IMG/VR virus record: IMGVR_UViG_3300046786_000125
Span: 1 to 31,026 of that record
DNA length: 31,026 nt
Strand: one strand, 5' to 3'
Source: a virus
Taxonomy: Duplodnaviria; Caudoviricetes
A program made the position numbers and the translations under genes. The number at the start of each line of letters is the position of its first letter. Positions within the stretch are counted from its first letter, which is position 1. This document shows positions 1-10,558 of this stretch, piece after piece. Under the pieces are notes generated by a model. The model saw only the letters and a list, made by a program, of their open reading frames with translations, was not told the DNA's origin and did not search any database.

Positions 1-909
1 ACGCTTAGAGACGCTGCTGCTAAAGAAGCCGGTAAAACTTCACAAAGTTTTCTTGATGAACAGAAAGCGATGTACGAAGCAGCCGGTGCTGATCCTAAGT
101 TTTTTGAAAAAGCTAGAACGCCTATTACAAAACAGATGGAAGAGTTGGGCAGTCGCGCTGAAGACAAGAAGCGTATGCGTGAAGCACAGGCATGGGCTAT
201 GTTTGGTTCTACTCCCGGTCCTATGTTATCAAGCGCGATGAAAGCTTATTCAGGTTATCTAGAACAGACTATTACGGATGAAGAAGATTTAGCTAAAGCT
301 AAGGCTGAATTGAATAAGTCTATGTTTGAACTTGATAAAGCAGACTACTTAGAAAAAGCAGGACATGCTAATGCTGCGCTTAAAGCTAAACACGACAGCT
401 TTACTACGTTATCTGACTTGAGCTACAAAGTTGCGACGCTTACTGAGAAACGTTCTGAAGATGTATTCGGTGCGCAAGAGAAAGCAGCTACCCAAGCGTC
501 TAAGAATCGTACCGAGTTAAAAGCAGCCTATGCTCGTGCTGCTGGTTCTGGTAAAGAAGATAAGTCCGCATTTAATGACACCACTAGAGCGCGTGGCGAA
601 CTAGTTAAGTGGGATAGTTCTGAAAAAGGTAAAGCCTTAGAAGAAGCTAAGCGTATGCTAGACATGCCAAAGCTAGAAGGTGAAGCTAAGTCTATGGCTG
701 AAAGAACTTATACTCGATTAAATGCTGAGCGTGAAGCACTAAAACGCGAATTAAAAACTTCTTACCCAAAAGCTAGGTTAGAAGGCGACGGCGCGGCGGC
801 TGAAGATAAAGCTGCACCACCTCCTCCTACTCCGGAAGACATTGCTTTTACTGCTAAGAAACATGGTATCTCTGAGGAAGAAGTAAAGAAAAAACTAGGG
901 ATTAAATAA
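1..909 (+). CDS. Putative internal virion/DNA ejection protein (probably 5'-truncated by window edge)
   Basis: The frame of ORF 70..909 is open back to base 1. Ala/Lys/Glu-rich helical composition. TAATG-coupled to the giant downstream gene. Confidence 0.55.
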   Translation, partial: TLRDAAAKEAGKTSQSFLDEQKAMYEAAGADPKFFEKARTPITKQMEELGSRAEDKKRMREAQAWAMFGSTPGPMLSSAMKAYSGYLEQTITDEEDLAKAKAELNKSMFELDKADYLEKAGHANAALKAKHDSFTTLSDLSYKVATLTEKRSEDVFGAQEKAATQASKNRTELKAAYARAAGSGKEDKSAFNDTTRARGELVKWDSSEKGKALEEAKRMLDMPKLEGEAKSMAERTYTRLNAEREALKRELKTSYPKARLEGDGAAAEDKAAPPPPTPEDIAFTAKKHGISEEEVKKKLGIK

Positions 910-3900
910 TGGCTCGTGACTTATTTGCTGAAGCGCCCCGTAGTGAACCACGAGATTTATTTGCGGACAGCAAAGATTTATTAGCTGGGCGTAAAGATGA
1001 AGAACCTAGTGAGGACTCTAGTGACTTTGCTCGTGGATTCGCTAACTACTTACCTCAACTCAAAGAGACCTATGGCGCAACTAAAGTTTTAGCGGGTAAG
1101 GCGACTGGCTCTGAAGAGTTAATGAAAGCTGGTCTTGCAACTATGGAGGCCGCTAAGCAAGAGTTACGTGGTAAGACTAAAACTTCTGACTCATTTACCC
1201 AAGCGCTTGATAAAGGTGTCGGCACTGTACTGACTGATTGGCTCCCGTATCAGATGGGTTCTGGCGCAGCTAACTTGCTTGAGTCTTTGGCGGTCATGGG
1301 TGCAGGTGCAGCTGCTGGTTCAGTAATCCCCGGTATAGGTACTGTAGCAGGTGGTATGACTGGGCTTGTAGAAAAAGAGTTACTGAAGAAGGGCGTTAAA
1401 GAAGCTGCTGAAAAGATAGCTAAGGAAGAAGGCGAAGCAATCGCCGAGAAGTATTTTGAAGAGCAAACTAAACTTGTTACTAAAGATATAGCTAAACAAG
1501 TAGCTGAAGCCGCAGCTAAAAAAACTGCAATCCTACAGACTTCTGCATTAGCTACTCAAGCTGGCTTTCATGGTGCTGGTGAGACTACATCCCGTGCCGT
1601 AGAAGAAGCTGAACGCTTAGGCAGAGAAGCAACCGACATTGATCTTGAGCGCGTTATTCCTTCCGCTGCTGTGCATGGCGTGGCTGAATTCTTTGGCGAC
1701 AAGATTGGTCTTGGCGCGTTTAATAAATTAGATGTTGGCAGTAAAAACTTATTACTTAACTTTGGTAAGAACGTCTTAACAACGGGTACTAAAGAAGCCC
1801 CTATCGAAGTTATACAAAGCGCTGCCGAACGTTTCGGGGCGAAGATGTCCCTAGCTGATGCTGAGGCTGTTAAAGAATATATTGATGCTGCCGCTGCCGC
1901 TTATGGTATGTCGGTGGGTCCTGCTGCTGGTGGCGCTGTAAAGTCTGTTGGTCAGGCTCGAATGGATGAAGAGCAAAAGCGTCTGATGGAAGCAGATGCA
2001 GCTAACATGAAGATGGAGCAAGAGCGCCAAGCGGGTATTGAAGCGGGCGAGGTTGCTAAAGAAGCCGCCGCGGATATAACTAAGGTGGGTCAGGTAGATG
2101 AGAATGGTAACGTCACACCTGCAAAAGACTTGTTTGCCGGTCAGCAAATTAACGCACCAGCGACGCAAATAACAGAGCTGGGGTCCGAAGATACAAGCCA
2201 AGACGCTTTACTAGATGCAGTGGCGACTAAACCTGCTGGTGAACTAGCTACTGTACCGCCAGCTAAAAAGCCAAACGAATCCCCAGAGGAAGAGGTATTC
2301 AGATACCGTGAAACGCTACGTCTTGGTGTAAAAGCAGATGGTAAGCCTGTGACCAAAGGCTATGCTACAAGCATTAAAAATAAGTTAAAAAACAAATTCA
2401 AGATTGATTACGACAAACAGGAGGGAGCTAATGTCAAACCACCTGCCGAATCTGACATCCAAGCAGATCAGCCTAGCGTTGATAGCACTGCACGAGAATT
2501 GGTCGGAACCCCCACAAGAGTTGAAGCATCTGTCGCTAGTGGAGTGGAGCCTGTTGGAGGGACTACTGAATCAGTTGTTGGAGCAGAAGAAGTACAGCGT
2601 CCTGCATTAACGCCTAAACAATTAAAAGAAGGCTATACGCTTTTACTAGAGCAGCACGACGACCTTCCTTCGTGGAAAGACTTAACGCCCGACATGAAGA
2701 AAGCTTTCATGCCAGAGATAGAAGGCGTATTAAAGACTAAAGGTATGTTGCCGTCGAAAGGCGCTGCGCCAGAAGTATCTAATGCTATTGCTGCACTTAA
2801 GAAAGTTAGGGCGATCGTTGACTCGTACAACGAGAACCGCCCCGGCAAAATGCGTCAATGGTCTGATCTTAATGATGATGAGCGTGATTTATATTTATCT
2901 AACGTTAGAAATAATACCGCTGAAGAGCAGGATAAAGCCTATGCGGTGTTGCAGAGCTATCTTAAGTCTAATGAACAGATAACCGAAGAAGGCGAAATTG
3001 AAGCGGGCGCAGTGCCAGAAGGTGCGTCTATATATGAATTAAATCGTCAAGCTTATTCTGCTCAATTACCGCGTTGGGGCGAGTTGGATAACGACGCTCG
3101 TAATTTATTCTTAAAAGCTATAAAGCCGGGACTTGCGCAGAAAGAACGTAAAGTAACTACCGAACAAATGGATACGGGGTTTGCTGACGTCTGGATACAT
3201 AACGCTGAGAAAGAAGCCCGTACAGTATCGCCATTAAAGCAACGCGAAGAGAAAGCGCAAGTAGAGCGCAAACAGCGTATGCAAGAAGAAAGAGAAGAAG
3301 TGCCTGTAGGTAAAGAACTACCTACTAATATTAAGCAGATGCTTAAAGACGGCGATATTAAAGGCGTACTAAATTACCTGTCCAAAAATTCTAAGGGCAT
3401 GGCTTACACCGTGCCATATAAAGCTGGTCGTGTGCAAGATGACGTAGTACTGTTCTTCCAGAAGCAGCGCGAATTTATATCTAGTACAGTGTTTAAAAAG
3501 CTTAGTAGCGTACTGTCTAGCGTTACGTATAACTCAAAGGTTGTAATAGACCCTAACAATGAGTACATACAGCAGCTAAAGAAAGAAGGCAAGTTAGCGG
3601 CGTATGACCCTAAGACCGATACGTTCTACTTTACTAAAGATGGTTTAGACGAACAAACTGTTTTGCATGAGATCGTCCACGCAGCGACAATCAAGATCAT
3701 GCACGCCTTTAAAACTAATCCTAATAGTTTAACTAAGGAACAACGCGAAGCCTCTGAACATATAGAAAAAATATACGAAGCCGCTAAAAAGAATGTCTCT
3801 CTTAAAAACAAACATCCTTATGCGTTTGAAAATGTGTATGAGTTTGTAAGTTATGCAATGACTGATGTTGGGTTACAGCAAGACTTAGCGAACATACAAA

Positions 3901-6900
3901 GTCCTAACCTAGCAAAATACACAGCTAAAAACTTAGGCTTCTTACGTAGTCTTACAGGACGCTTTGGCTCGTTGTGGGGGCAGTTTACTCAGTCGCTCAT
4001 GAAACTGTATGGGTTAGTTAGAAGTGCCCCTACGTTCGTACCTGCCAGTGATATTAGCGAAACCTTTATAAAGACTGTTAATGAAGAATCCCAACAAACG
4101 TTAGGGTATGACAATAGAAGTAAAGGCCCTCAAGGACGGATAGTACAGCGCCCCGGTAAAGAAAGAGCTACGCCAGAAAGTATTAGTGAAGCATTTAAAC
4201 AGCCGGGCTATCAGGGCAATTTAGTTATTGAGATGTCTGAAGCGTTTGGTCGCATCCTCGCTGCACCTGAAGGTGGTGTTGATCTTGAAGCCCTGCCTGC
4301 AAAAGCCACTCCTCCTGCCGGAAAGCGCACCGTTGAGCAAATGAAGGATGAGATTAAGACCGGCGCACCTAATGTTAAGGCAAAGGTTAAAAAGCTGTGG
4401 AGTACCGAAGGCGTAGAAAGAATAGTTACTAAATTCCAAAACGACCGTGCGGCTATTAAGCGTTGGCAGCAGAAGTTAATTGATACTGGCAGACTAATAT
4501 CCTACGGCGTTGGCTTTAATAATATCTATGATCAGATCACTCTCTCGTCTGGTAATGCGCACTATGTGTATACGCAACGCATACAGAATCTGACTGAGGA
4601 CGTCCGTGCGGGCGTGGTTGCTTACGCCAATAAGAATGATATAACCGTAGATGAAGCTTTAAAAGAATTAGGTTTATACGCAATCGCACAGCACGTTGAA
4701 GAGCGTAGCAATACTTTGTACACGATGAATGTGCCGCTTGAAGCTGGCGCACCTATAGTAACTACTCCTTCTGGTGTAAAAGTATCGCCAGCAGCACGCC
4801 GTCAAGAAATATTTGAAGAGCTTAATTCTAAGAAGTTAAGTAAGAAAGAGGCTGAAGATTTATGGAGCGAGCTTACAAAGATAGTTAACGACCCTGCTAA
4901 CTTAAGTCGTGATCCTAAGAAGGCAGACTTATTAAAGAGAGATAGCACTAAGTATAGCGTTGCCGGTGAATACACTAAAGAAGAACTTGACGACGTAAAG
5001 AAAGATTACGCTAAGCATAAGAGTGAAGCTGACCCTATACTAGATAAGATAAAGCAGTTAAACAAAGTAACTCTTGAGCTTAATAAAGAATCTAACTATC
5101 TATCACAGTACGCTGAGAATTGGATTAACTTCTACGGCTGGGAAAACTATATACCGTTTAAAGGTAAGGCTGAAAAAGATAGTGACTCTGACTTCTTGAA
5201 CTTCGATAGTCGTAGATTAGGCGGCGAGTTACAGGATGTAATCTATACCTTTGAAGGTCGTATAACGCAACCTGATAACCCATTATTGCAAGTTATGGCA
5301 GATGGCGCTCAGGCAGCGATGCGTGTTGGTCGTAAGTATGTGACTGAATCAATCTATAACGCTGCGAAAAAGAGCGACTTAAACCCCAACGGTTCAGGTG
5401 TACTGAACGCAGATGTTGTAAAGGTTATTGATTTTAAAGATCGTGCAGATGGTAAGGTGTTGGCTGAATTAAAAGGCGAGACCAAGATATTCCATTACAT
5501 GCCTGACGGTAAGGTCGCTATCATTCAAATACGTGACCCTCGCCAACTAGAAGCCATACGCCGTTCGTATAGGGAAACCAATCCTTATATCAGTATGCTA
5601 AACAAAGCTACGAGCTTCGTAGGGCAAACTCATACACGATACAACTTAGCGTTCGCACCTATTAACTTTATACGTGATGTATTAACTAATGCCTACACGC
5701 TTGGCGCAGAGCTTGGCCCATCAGCTACATTTAATTATCTTGGCGCTATTGCTGCTGACGTGGCACAGGGCAAGATGTTTAAGACTAACAAGTTCAGTCG
5801 CCTGTACTCTAAAGGTAAGACCGCAGAGATTGAAGCCCTTGCAAAGACTGACTCTTATTACAGAGACTTATTAGATTACGTAAAGACAGGTGGTCGTGTG
5901 TCTTACGTTGCTGGTCTGGCGGCTCGTGGTCAGTACGAAGAGCTATATAAAGGTATGGGCGGCGGCAAGATTGCGCAGACTAAAGAACAGATTGACGGTG
6001 TGTTTGACGCATGGATTGATACGTTTGAATTGTCGGCCCGTGTGTCTGCGTATCGCATCGCTAAATCAAATGAGATCGCACGCTTAACTAAAGAGAAGTC
6101 TCCTAAGACTGATCAAGAGCGCAAAGATATTGAGAAGGCTGCGTCCATCCAAGCTGCCGCGTATGCTAAGAACCTAGCTAACTTTGAACAAGTCGGTGAG
6201 TGGGGTAAGACGCTTGGTGGATTCTTTATGTTCTTCCGTCCATCTGCAACGGGTGCTGTTCGTGCGATGGAGGCAATTGCTCCTGCGTTCCAATCTTTAC
6301 CACAGGCTCGTATGCGTTTGCCTGAGTTTGCTCGTGCGGCTAATATACGTGAGAAATTAAAAGACACTACCCTGCCTGAGAAAACACGCAAAGACTTAGA
6401 AGCTGAGTTAAAAGAAAACGAGAAGTACGTAAGCACGTTTGAAAGTAACTTTGCCGAACGCCAGAAGAACGCTAAGGTAATGACTACCGCTTTGATCGGT
6501 ATGGGCTTTGCTGTTTACTTGATGTCTAAGATGATGGCAGACGACGATGATCTAGGTCGTAATAAAGTCTCTACTGATGACATGTCGCGTTGGACTAAGT
6601 TTGCTCGATTCTTCTTCCCCGGATTTGATACGCCGGTTCAGATACCGTGGTCTTTTGGTCTTGGTGGTCTAGCGGCAGCGGGCGCTCAGATAGCCGCGTT
6701 GGGTGACAACAACGTAAAACTTAAAGATACGCTAGGTAACTTAATTACTATCGGCATGGACTCGTTCCTGCCATTGCCTGTGTCACGTATCAATCCGTTT
6801 GATAAACCAAGAGAATTCTTTATTGATTCCATGACGCCATCTATCGTGCGTCCAATAGTAGAGTATTCATTAAACGTTGATGCCTTAGGTCGTCAGATAT

Positions 6901-7493
6901 ATAACAACCGTCAGTCACGGTTTGGCGACGCTTACACAGGTGGAGATAACATACCAGAGGTGTACAAGTCGGCAGCGCGTACGTGGTTTGATTTGACAGG
7001 TAACGACGTTAGTCCGAACTCTCTGTACTTCTTTGCCAATAACTATGCAGACGGTGCGTCACGTATTCTTTTACAGGCGCCTGTTAACCTGACTCTACTT
7101 GCTACTGGCGATAAAAACTTTAACTGGAAAACAGATACTATATTCTTGGACAGCTTCTTCGGCACACCATCTAACTTTGATGCTCGTACATGGCAGAAGG
7201 TAGAGGAAGATTTACAAGAACGCGCTCAGCGTATAAACATGTTGAAGGACAAGCCAGACAAGTATTACTCTTATCTAGCTAAGAACCCTATGGATAAAAT
7301 GTTAGTGGATATGTACAACCACGACGTTAACGGTACGCTAAAAGACTTACGTGCAGAAGCTAATAAGTACCGTGCTATGGAAGGTATATCGCCTAAAGAA
7401 CGTAAAGCTATTGTAGATATATACGTTAAGATGGCAAACATAGAAAAGTACCGCCTAGTAGAAATGTACAAGGCGTACGGGATTAAACCTTAG
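909..7493 (+). CDS. Large polyvalent internal virion protein with zincin-like HExxH motif and LPD38-like C-terminal region
   Basis: 2194-aa ORF. Gly/Ala-rich N-terminal helices, motif AYDP..DT..(16)VLHEIVHAAT followed by EFVSYAMT, and C-terminal 'PVQIPWSFGLGG...DSFLPLP...NVDALGRQI' resembling LPD38-type domains. Confidence 0.7.
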   Translation: MARDLFAEAPRSEPRDLFADSKDLLAGRKDEEPSEDSSDFARGFANYLPQLKETYGATKVLAGKATGSEELMKAGLATMEAAKQELRGKTKTSDSFTQALDKGVGTVLTDWLPYQMGSGAANLLESLAVMGAGAAAGSVIPGIGTVAGGMTGLVEKELLKKGVKEAAEKIAKEEGEAIAEKYFEEQTKLVTKDIAKQVAEAAAKKTAILQTSALATQAGFHGAGETTSRAVEEAERLGREATDIDLERVIPSAAVHGVAEFFGDKIGLGAFNKLDVGSKNLLLNFGKNVLTTGTKEAPIEVIQSAAERFGAKMSLADAEAVKEYIDAAAAAYGMSVGPAAGGAVKSVGQARMDEEQKRLMEADAANMKMEQERQAGIEAGEVAKEAAADITKVGQVDENGNVTPAKDLFAGQQINAPATQITELGSEDTSQDALLDAVATKPAGELATVPPAKKPNESPEEEVFRYRETLRLGVKADGKPVTKGYATSIKNKLKNKFKIDYDKQEGANVKPPAESDIQADQPSVDSTARELVGTPTRVEASVASGVEPVGGTTESVVGAEEVQRPALTPKQLKEGYTLLLEQHDDLPSWKDLTPDMKKAFMPEIEGVLKTKGMLPSKGAAPEVSNAIAALKKVRAIVDSYNENRPGKMRQWSDLNDDERDLYLSNVRNNTAEEQDKAYAVLQSYLKSNEQITEEGEIEAGAVPEGASIYELNRQAYSAQLPRWGELDNDARNLFLKAIKPGLAQKERKVTTEQMDTGFADVWIHNAEKEARTVSPLKQREEKAQVERKQRMQEEREEVPVGKELPTNIKQMLKDGDIKGVLNYLSKNSKGMAYTVPYKAGRVQDDVVLFFQKQREFISSTVFKKLSSVLSSVTYNSKVVIDPNNEYIQQLKKEGKLAAYDPKTDTFYFTKDGLDEQTVLHEIVHAATIKIMHAFKTNPNSLTKEQREASEHIEKIYEAAKKNVSLKNKHPYAFENVYEFVSYAMTDVGLQQDLANIQSPNLAKYTAKNLGFLRSLTGRFGSLWGQFTQSLMKLYGLVRSAPTFVPASDISETFIKTVNEESQQTLGYDNRSKGPQGRIVQRPGKERATPESISEAFKQPGYQGNLVIEMSEAFGRILAAPEGGVDLEALPAKATPPAGKRTVEQMKDEIKTGAPNVKAKVKKLWSTEGVERIVTKFQNDRAAIKRWQQKLIDTGRLISYGVGFNNIYDQITLSSGNAHYVYTQRIQNLTEDVRAGVVAYANKNDITVDEALKELGLYAIAQHVEERSNTLYTMNVPLEAGAPIVTTPSGVKVSPAARRQEIFEELNSKKLSKKEAEDLWSELTKIVNDPANLSRDPKKADLLKRDSTKYSVAGEYTKEELDDVKKDYAKHKSEADPILDKIKQLNKVTLELNKESNYLSQYAENWINFYGWENYIPFKGKAEKDSDSDFLNFDSRRLGGELQDVIYTFEGRITQPDNPLLQVMADGAQAAMRVGRKYVTESIYNAAKKSDLNPNGSGVLNADVVKVIDFKDRADGKVLAELKGETKIFHYMPDGKVAIIQIRDPRQLEAIRRSYRETNPYISMLNKATSFVGQTHTRYNLAFAPINFIRDVLTNAYTLGAELGPSATFNYLGAIAADVAQGKMFKTNKFSRLYSKGKTAEIEALAKTDSYYRDLLDYVKTGGRVSYVAGLAARGQYEELYKGMGGGKIAQTKEQIDGVFDAWIDTFELSARVSAYRIAKSNEIARLTKEKSPKTDQERKDIEKAASIQAAAYAKNLANFEQVGEWGKTLGGFFMFFRPSATGAVRAMEAIAPAFQSLPQARMRLPEFARAANIREKLKDTTLPEKTRKDLEAELKENEKYVSTFESNFAERQKNAKVMTTALIGMGFAVYLMSKMMADDDDLGRNKVSTDDMSRWTKFARFFFPGFDTPVQIPWSFGLGGLAAAGAQIAALGDNNVKLKDTLGNLITIGMDSFLPLPVSRINPFDKPREFFIDSMTPSIVRPIVEYSLNVDALGRQIYNNRQSRFGDAYTGGDNIPEVYKSAARTWFDLTGNDVSPNSLYFFANNYADGASRILLQAPVNLTLLATGDKNFNWKTDTIFLDSFFGTPSNFDARTWQKVEEDLQERAQRINMLKDKPDKYYSYLAKNPMDKMLVDMYNHDVNGTLKDLRAEANKYRAMEGISPKERKAIVDIYVKMANIEKYRLVEMYKAYGIKP
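2431..2610 (+). CDS. Putative overprinted 59-aa protein nested in the +1 frame of the giant gene
   Basis: Strong SD (CAGGAGGGAG) just before ATG 2431. Amphipathic helical product MSNHLPNL...KKYSVLH. The host frame is low-complexity over the same span. Confidence 0.5.
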   Translation: MSNHLPNLTSKQISLALIALHENWSEPPQELKHLSLVEWSLLEGLLNQLLEQKKYSVLH

Positions 7494-7723
7494 CGTACCT
7501 TCCACACCCTGATACCCAAGTGACCTTCTTTCTCGCAGGTGAATATCTTAACTCTCACCTTCGATTTCTTAGCGGCAGTATCTACCGCATAGGTCATTTG
7601 GGCAGGGCGTAGCGTGGGGATAAAGAAACTCTCCCCCACAGCCATATAATCAAACGGAAATATCCACTCAGGCTCCTCCGTCGTCAGGGAAGAAGGTATC
7701 TGGGATTGCTGATGCAAAGACAT
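7490..7723 (-). CDS. Small conserved phage protein (FPFxxMxVGESFF family), possibly DNA-binding
   Basis: 77 aa with WIFPFDYMAVGESFFIP and C-terminal GIRVWKV. Its stop overlaps the stop of the giant + strand gene. Confidence 0.65.
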   Translation of the reverse strand: MSLHQQSQIPSSLTTEEPEWIFPFDYMAVGESFFIPTLRPAQMTYAVDTAAKKSKVRVKIFTCEKEGHLGIRVWKVR

Positions 7724-10520
7724 AGGTGTTCACATTCATGTTTTTGTCTAGTATACTCAATGCTTGTTTCCAACCAGAATCGAGACGCGACTTCTTAATC
7801 TCGAGGAGTATCTTTTTCTCTTTCATATTCTGTTCAAACTCTCGTGAGCTAACGTTCTTCTCAACTAAGTACTTCTTGAACTCTGTTGTAGATACATAGA
7901 TTAAACCTGTAGCTAGATCAATACGCCCAACCAGACTAGTGCGCGGCTCCATCGTAACCTTACCGTCGTTAATGCCTAAGAATCCGGTGTAGTATTTATT
8001 GATGTAGTCACCAATCAATGATGAGTAGTCTGTCTCACCTAGCGTTATTACCTTGTCACGGATGTTAATCATCTCGCCGCATACTTTTTCATAGATGCGC
8101 TCTAGGTCGTAGTTGATGATACCGAACTCATTGCCTACCATGCCACCTGCCATAGTTGAACCGATAATGTTCTCATAGAAACGGTAGATAGCGTCGTTAC
8201 CGAAGTCTCTTTTAAATCTAGTAATCCACTCGTCAACCATCTGCTTCAATGCCACCTCACCATGTGCAAAGTAAGCTGGTATAACTTTACGTGACGCATG
8301 ACCATAGTTGTACTTCAGTATGTCAAACACTTTGGGTCCGAAGTCTGGCTCGTCTATTAACAGCTGTGGCTTCATTACAAGGAACTCAATCATACGTGCC
8401 ATCTGACCTGTAGCCATAGAGTTCTTAGACATGATCATATCTAGTAGCGGCATGTTACACGTCATCATTGCAATTGCCGACGCTAAGAGTTCGTGTTCCC
8501 TCTCTGCGTTGACTGACCCTTGCAGTCTGATCTTGGCTTTACCCTGAGAGATAGCGTGAACCATCTTGCTTAGCTCTTCTATCTTACGTTCATGTGCCTC
8601 ATCAACACCAAACCCTGCGTTCTTTAATGTGACGTAGCGTTGGTTCAAGCCGTTACTCGTAGCATCAAACACAGATATACCAACAGGATTACACCACACA
8701 CTAAGGTTGGCATACAACGCACCAGTCTTACCGTTGCCTGATTTACCAGTATAACTAACGACAGCGCCCGGTGTAGATGTCAGCGGCATAAGTGGTGAAC
8801 CTAAACCTATCAGCGTACCAAACGCGTGCATCTCCATCGTCGGTCTATTAAGTTGTTGTATAGCTTCCTGCCAAGTCTCGTAACTTCCTTTCGGCTCAAA
8901 ATGTTTTGCAACACTACGTACCATTGGTGAGGCCGGGGTAGCGACTAGACTTCCGTCTGGCTTAATTAAACTATTACCGATGACATACGCACGGCCCAGC
9001 CTCTCATCGCCAACTGGCTCGGTCCATCCCATCTGTGTCTGTACTAACTCTGCTTCTGCCTGAGTCTGTAAATAATGTCCCCACTTCATTATGTATCCTG
9101 TTAAATGTTGCAGCTTGTCTGCATTGCCTGTAATACCCATGAATCCAATTACCTTCTTAAACTCGTCTGTAGCATTTAAGCTGCGAGTAGTAATCATAAA
9201 ATCGCGGGGCGTATCCTTAGGCAATATAAGGCGCATCATTAAAATCTCACCATCCATCTTGCTGTACATACGACGGATAGGGAACAACTCATGTGGATAA
9301 ATTAGTTTCGCTTCTTGTTCTTGCTTGTTACCTTTCTTGTCTATCTTCGGTGGTGGTTGATAATAGATGCCGCCCGTCTCCCCTCTGAAGTATGGGTACA
9401 ACGCTTGTGGATGATCAGGTATTACCGTTCTCTGCGTTTCGAAAGTGGCACTCTCCGTCTCCCGTACTGACTCCGCTTTGGCGATCTTAATGACCCTGCC
9501 GAGTGCGAGGGGGTTTGTGAACTTTCCTTTGTATTTGCAGGTGTCGCAGATTCCGGGATTTTCATTATCAAATGTGATGCAAGAGTAGGGCTTTCCCTGC
9601 CTAAGTGTAGCTTTTCGTTCCGTCGCTGCGTGAGAGTATCCCGGATGATCTTCCGATAGTCTATGAATTGACTCATCTCTATCTGAGCAGTGTTGAGCAA
9701 TTGATAGAGCTGCTGTCCATATTGGTTCTGTAAGAGATGCAGCGTTTTCGATTGCGAATTTGATTTGCTCACATCCGTCTCCTTCTAAGCTACGTATAGC
9801 TATCTTCTCAAATAGTGTTTCCTGATTATCTAACTTCATCAGGGCTTTAGTGTCGTCGTCTAAGCCTTTCGGTATGTGCTGAAATATATCCTTAGGCTCT
9901 TCTATTATCCCTAAGAACTCTTTAAACTCATCGAATGAATAGACAGGTAACTCGTTAGAGATTACTTCGCACTTACTAGGCGGCGTAGTCTTGTAGTTAT
10001 ATGTCTCAGGGCAGCGCATGATACGCGCCACATCTGCCGTGACAACCGGATCAATGTGTAATTCATTCTCAAGGCAGAACGCTTTAAACTTTTCTGCGTA
10101 TGGTTTCCATTCTGCTGTCGGGATGTCGCGATCAAAAAACCAATATGCATGAACACCTGTGCCTGAGTCGACAATGACGGGGTCTGGTAGTTCGCATCTA
10201 GCCAAGAATGTCTGTAGTGCGATGTGGGCGTCAGCTTTTGTTGCATATCCTCTATCAATCGCAACCTTTGAATCTCCGACATCCAAGTCAATGAAGAATG
10301 AGCGTAAGAATTGCGAGTCTTCAGCCTTTCGGCTATAACCGTCGAAGGAAGATAACGCCACGTAGACATTGTTTTCTTCCATTCCAAACTTAGCTGCAAT
10401 AATTTCAAGGTCATCTATGCTCTCCGCAAATTCCTGTACCGTCCGTTTAGCGGGCGTTATCTTTGCAACACAATAGACACCCTGCGAAGGTAATGCTTTC
10501 TCGTAAAATTGTTTTATCAT
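7668..10520 (-). CDS. DNA primase-helicase (AEP/RepB-like primase, Cys cluster, DUF927-like region, P-loop NTPase)
   Basis: 950 aa. Primase motifs FFIDLD, SGTGVHAYW, RIMRCP. C..(9)..CDTC cluster. Walker A GKSGNGKT and Walker B GVDE. Confidence 0.85.
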   Translation of the reverse strand: MIKQFYEKALPSQGVYCVAKITPAKRTVQEFAESIDDLEIIAAKFGMEENNVYVALSSFDGYSRKAEDSQFLRSFFIDLDVGDSKVAIDRGYATKADAHIALQTFLARCELPDPVIVDSGTGVHAYWFFDRDIPTAEWKPYAEKFKAFCLENELHIDPVVTADVARIMRCPETYNYKTTPPSKCEVISNELPVYSFDEFKEFLGIIEEPKDIFQHIPKGLDDDTKALMKLDNQETLFEKIAIRSLEGDGCEQIKFAIENAASLTEPIWTAALSIAQHCSDRDESIHRLSEDHPGYSHAATERKATLRQGKPYSCITFDNENPGICDTCKYKGKFTNPLALGRVIKIAKAESVRETESATFETQRTVIPDHPQALYPYFRGETGGIYYQPPPKIDKKGNKQEQEAKLIYPHELFPIRRMYSKMDGEILMMRLILPKDTPRDFMITTRSLNATDEFKKVIGFMGITGNADKLQHLTGYIMKWGHYLQTQAEAELVQTQMGWTEPVGDERLGRAYVIGNSLIKPDGSLVATPASPMVRSVAKHFEPKGSYETWQEAIQQLNRPTMEMHAFGTLIGLGSPLMPLTSTPGAVVSYTGKSGNGKTGALYANLSVWCNPVGISVFDATSNGLNQRYVTLKNAGFGVDEAHERKIEELSKMVHAISQGKAKIRLQGSVNAEREHELLASAIAMMTCNMPLLDMIMSKNSMATGQMARMIEFLVMKPQLLIDEPDFGPKVFDILKYNYGHASRKVIPAYFAHGEVALKQMVDEWITRFKRDFGNDAIYRFYENIIGSTMAGGMVGNEFGIINYDLERIYEKVCGEMINIRDKVITLGETDYSSLIGDYINKYYTGFLGINDGKVTMEPRTSLVGRIDLATGLIYVSTTEFKKYLVEKNVSSREFEQNMKEKKILLEIKKSRLDSGWKQALSILDKNMNVNTYVFASAIPDTFFPDDGGA

Positions 10521-10530
10521 ATCCGCAGAG

Positions 10531-10558
10531 ACAAGAAAGGCAGGATTGCTCCTGCCTT
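10531..10558 (-). terminator. Hairpin (terminator/attenuator-like) between HTH gene and primase-helicase
   Basis: Minus strand AAGGCAGGA-GCAA-TCCTGCCTT followed by TCTTGT: 9-bp stem, GNRA loop, imperfect U tract. Confidence 0.55.
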
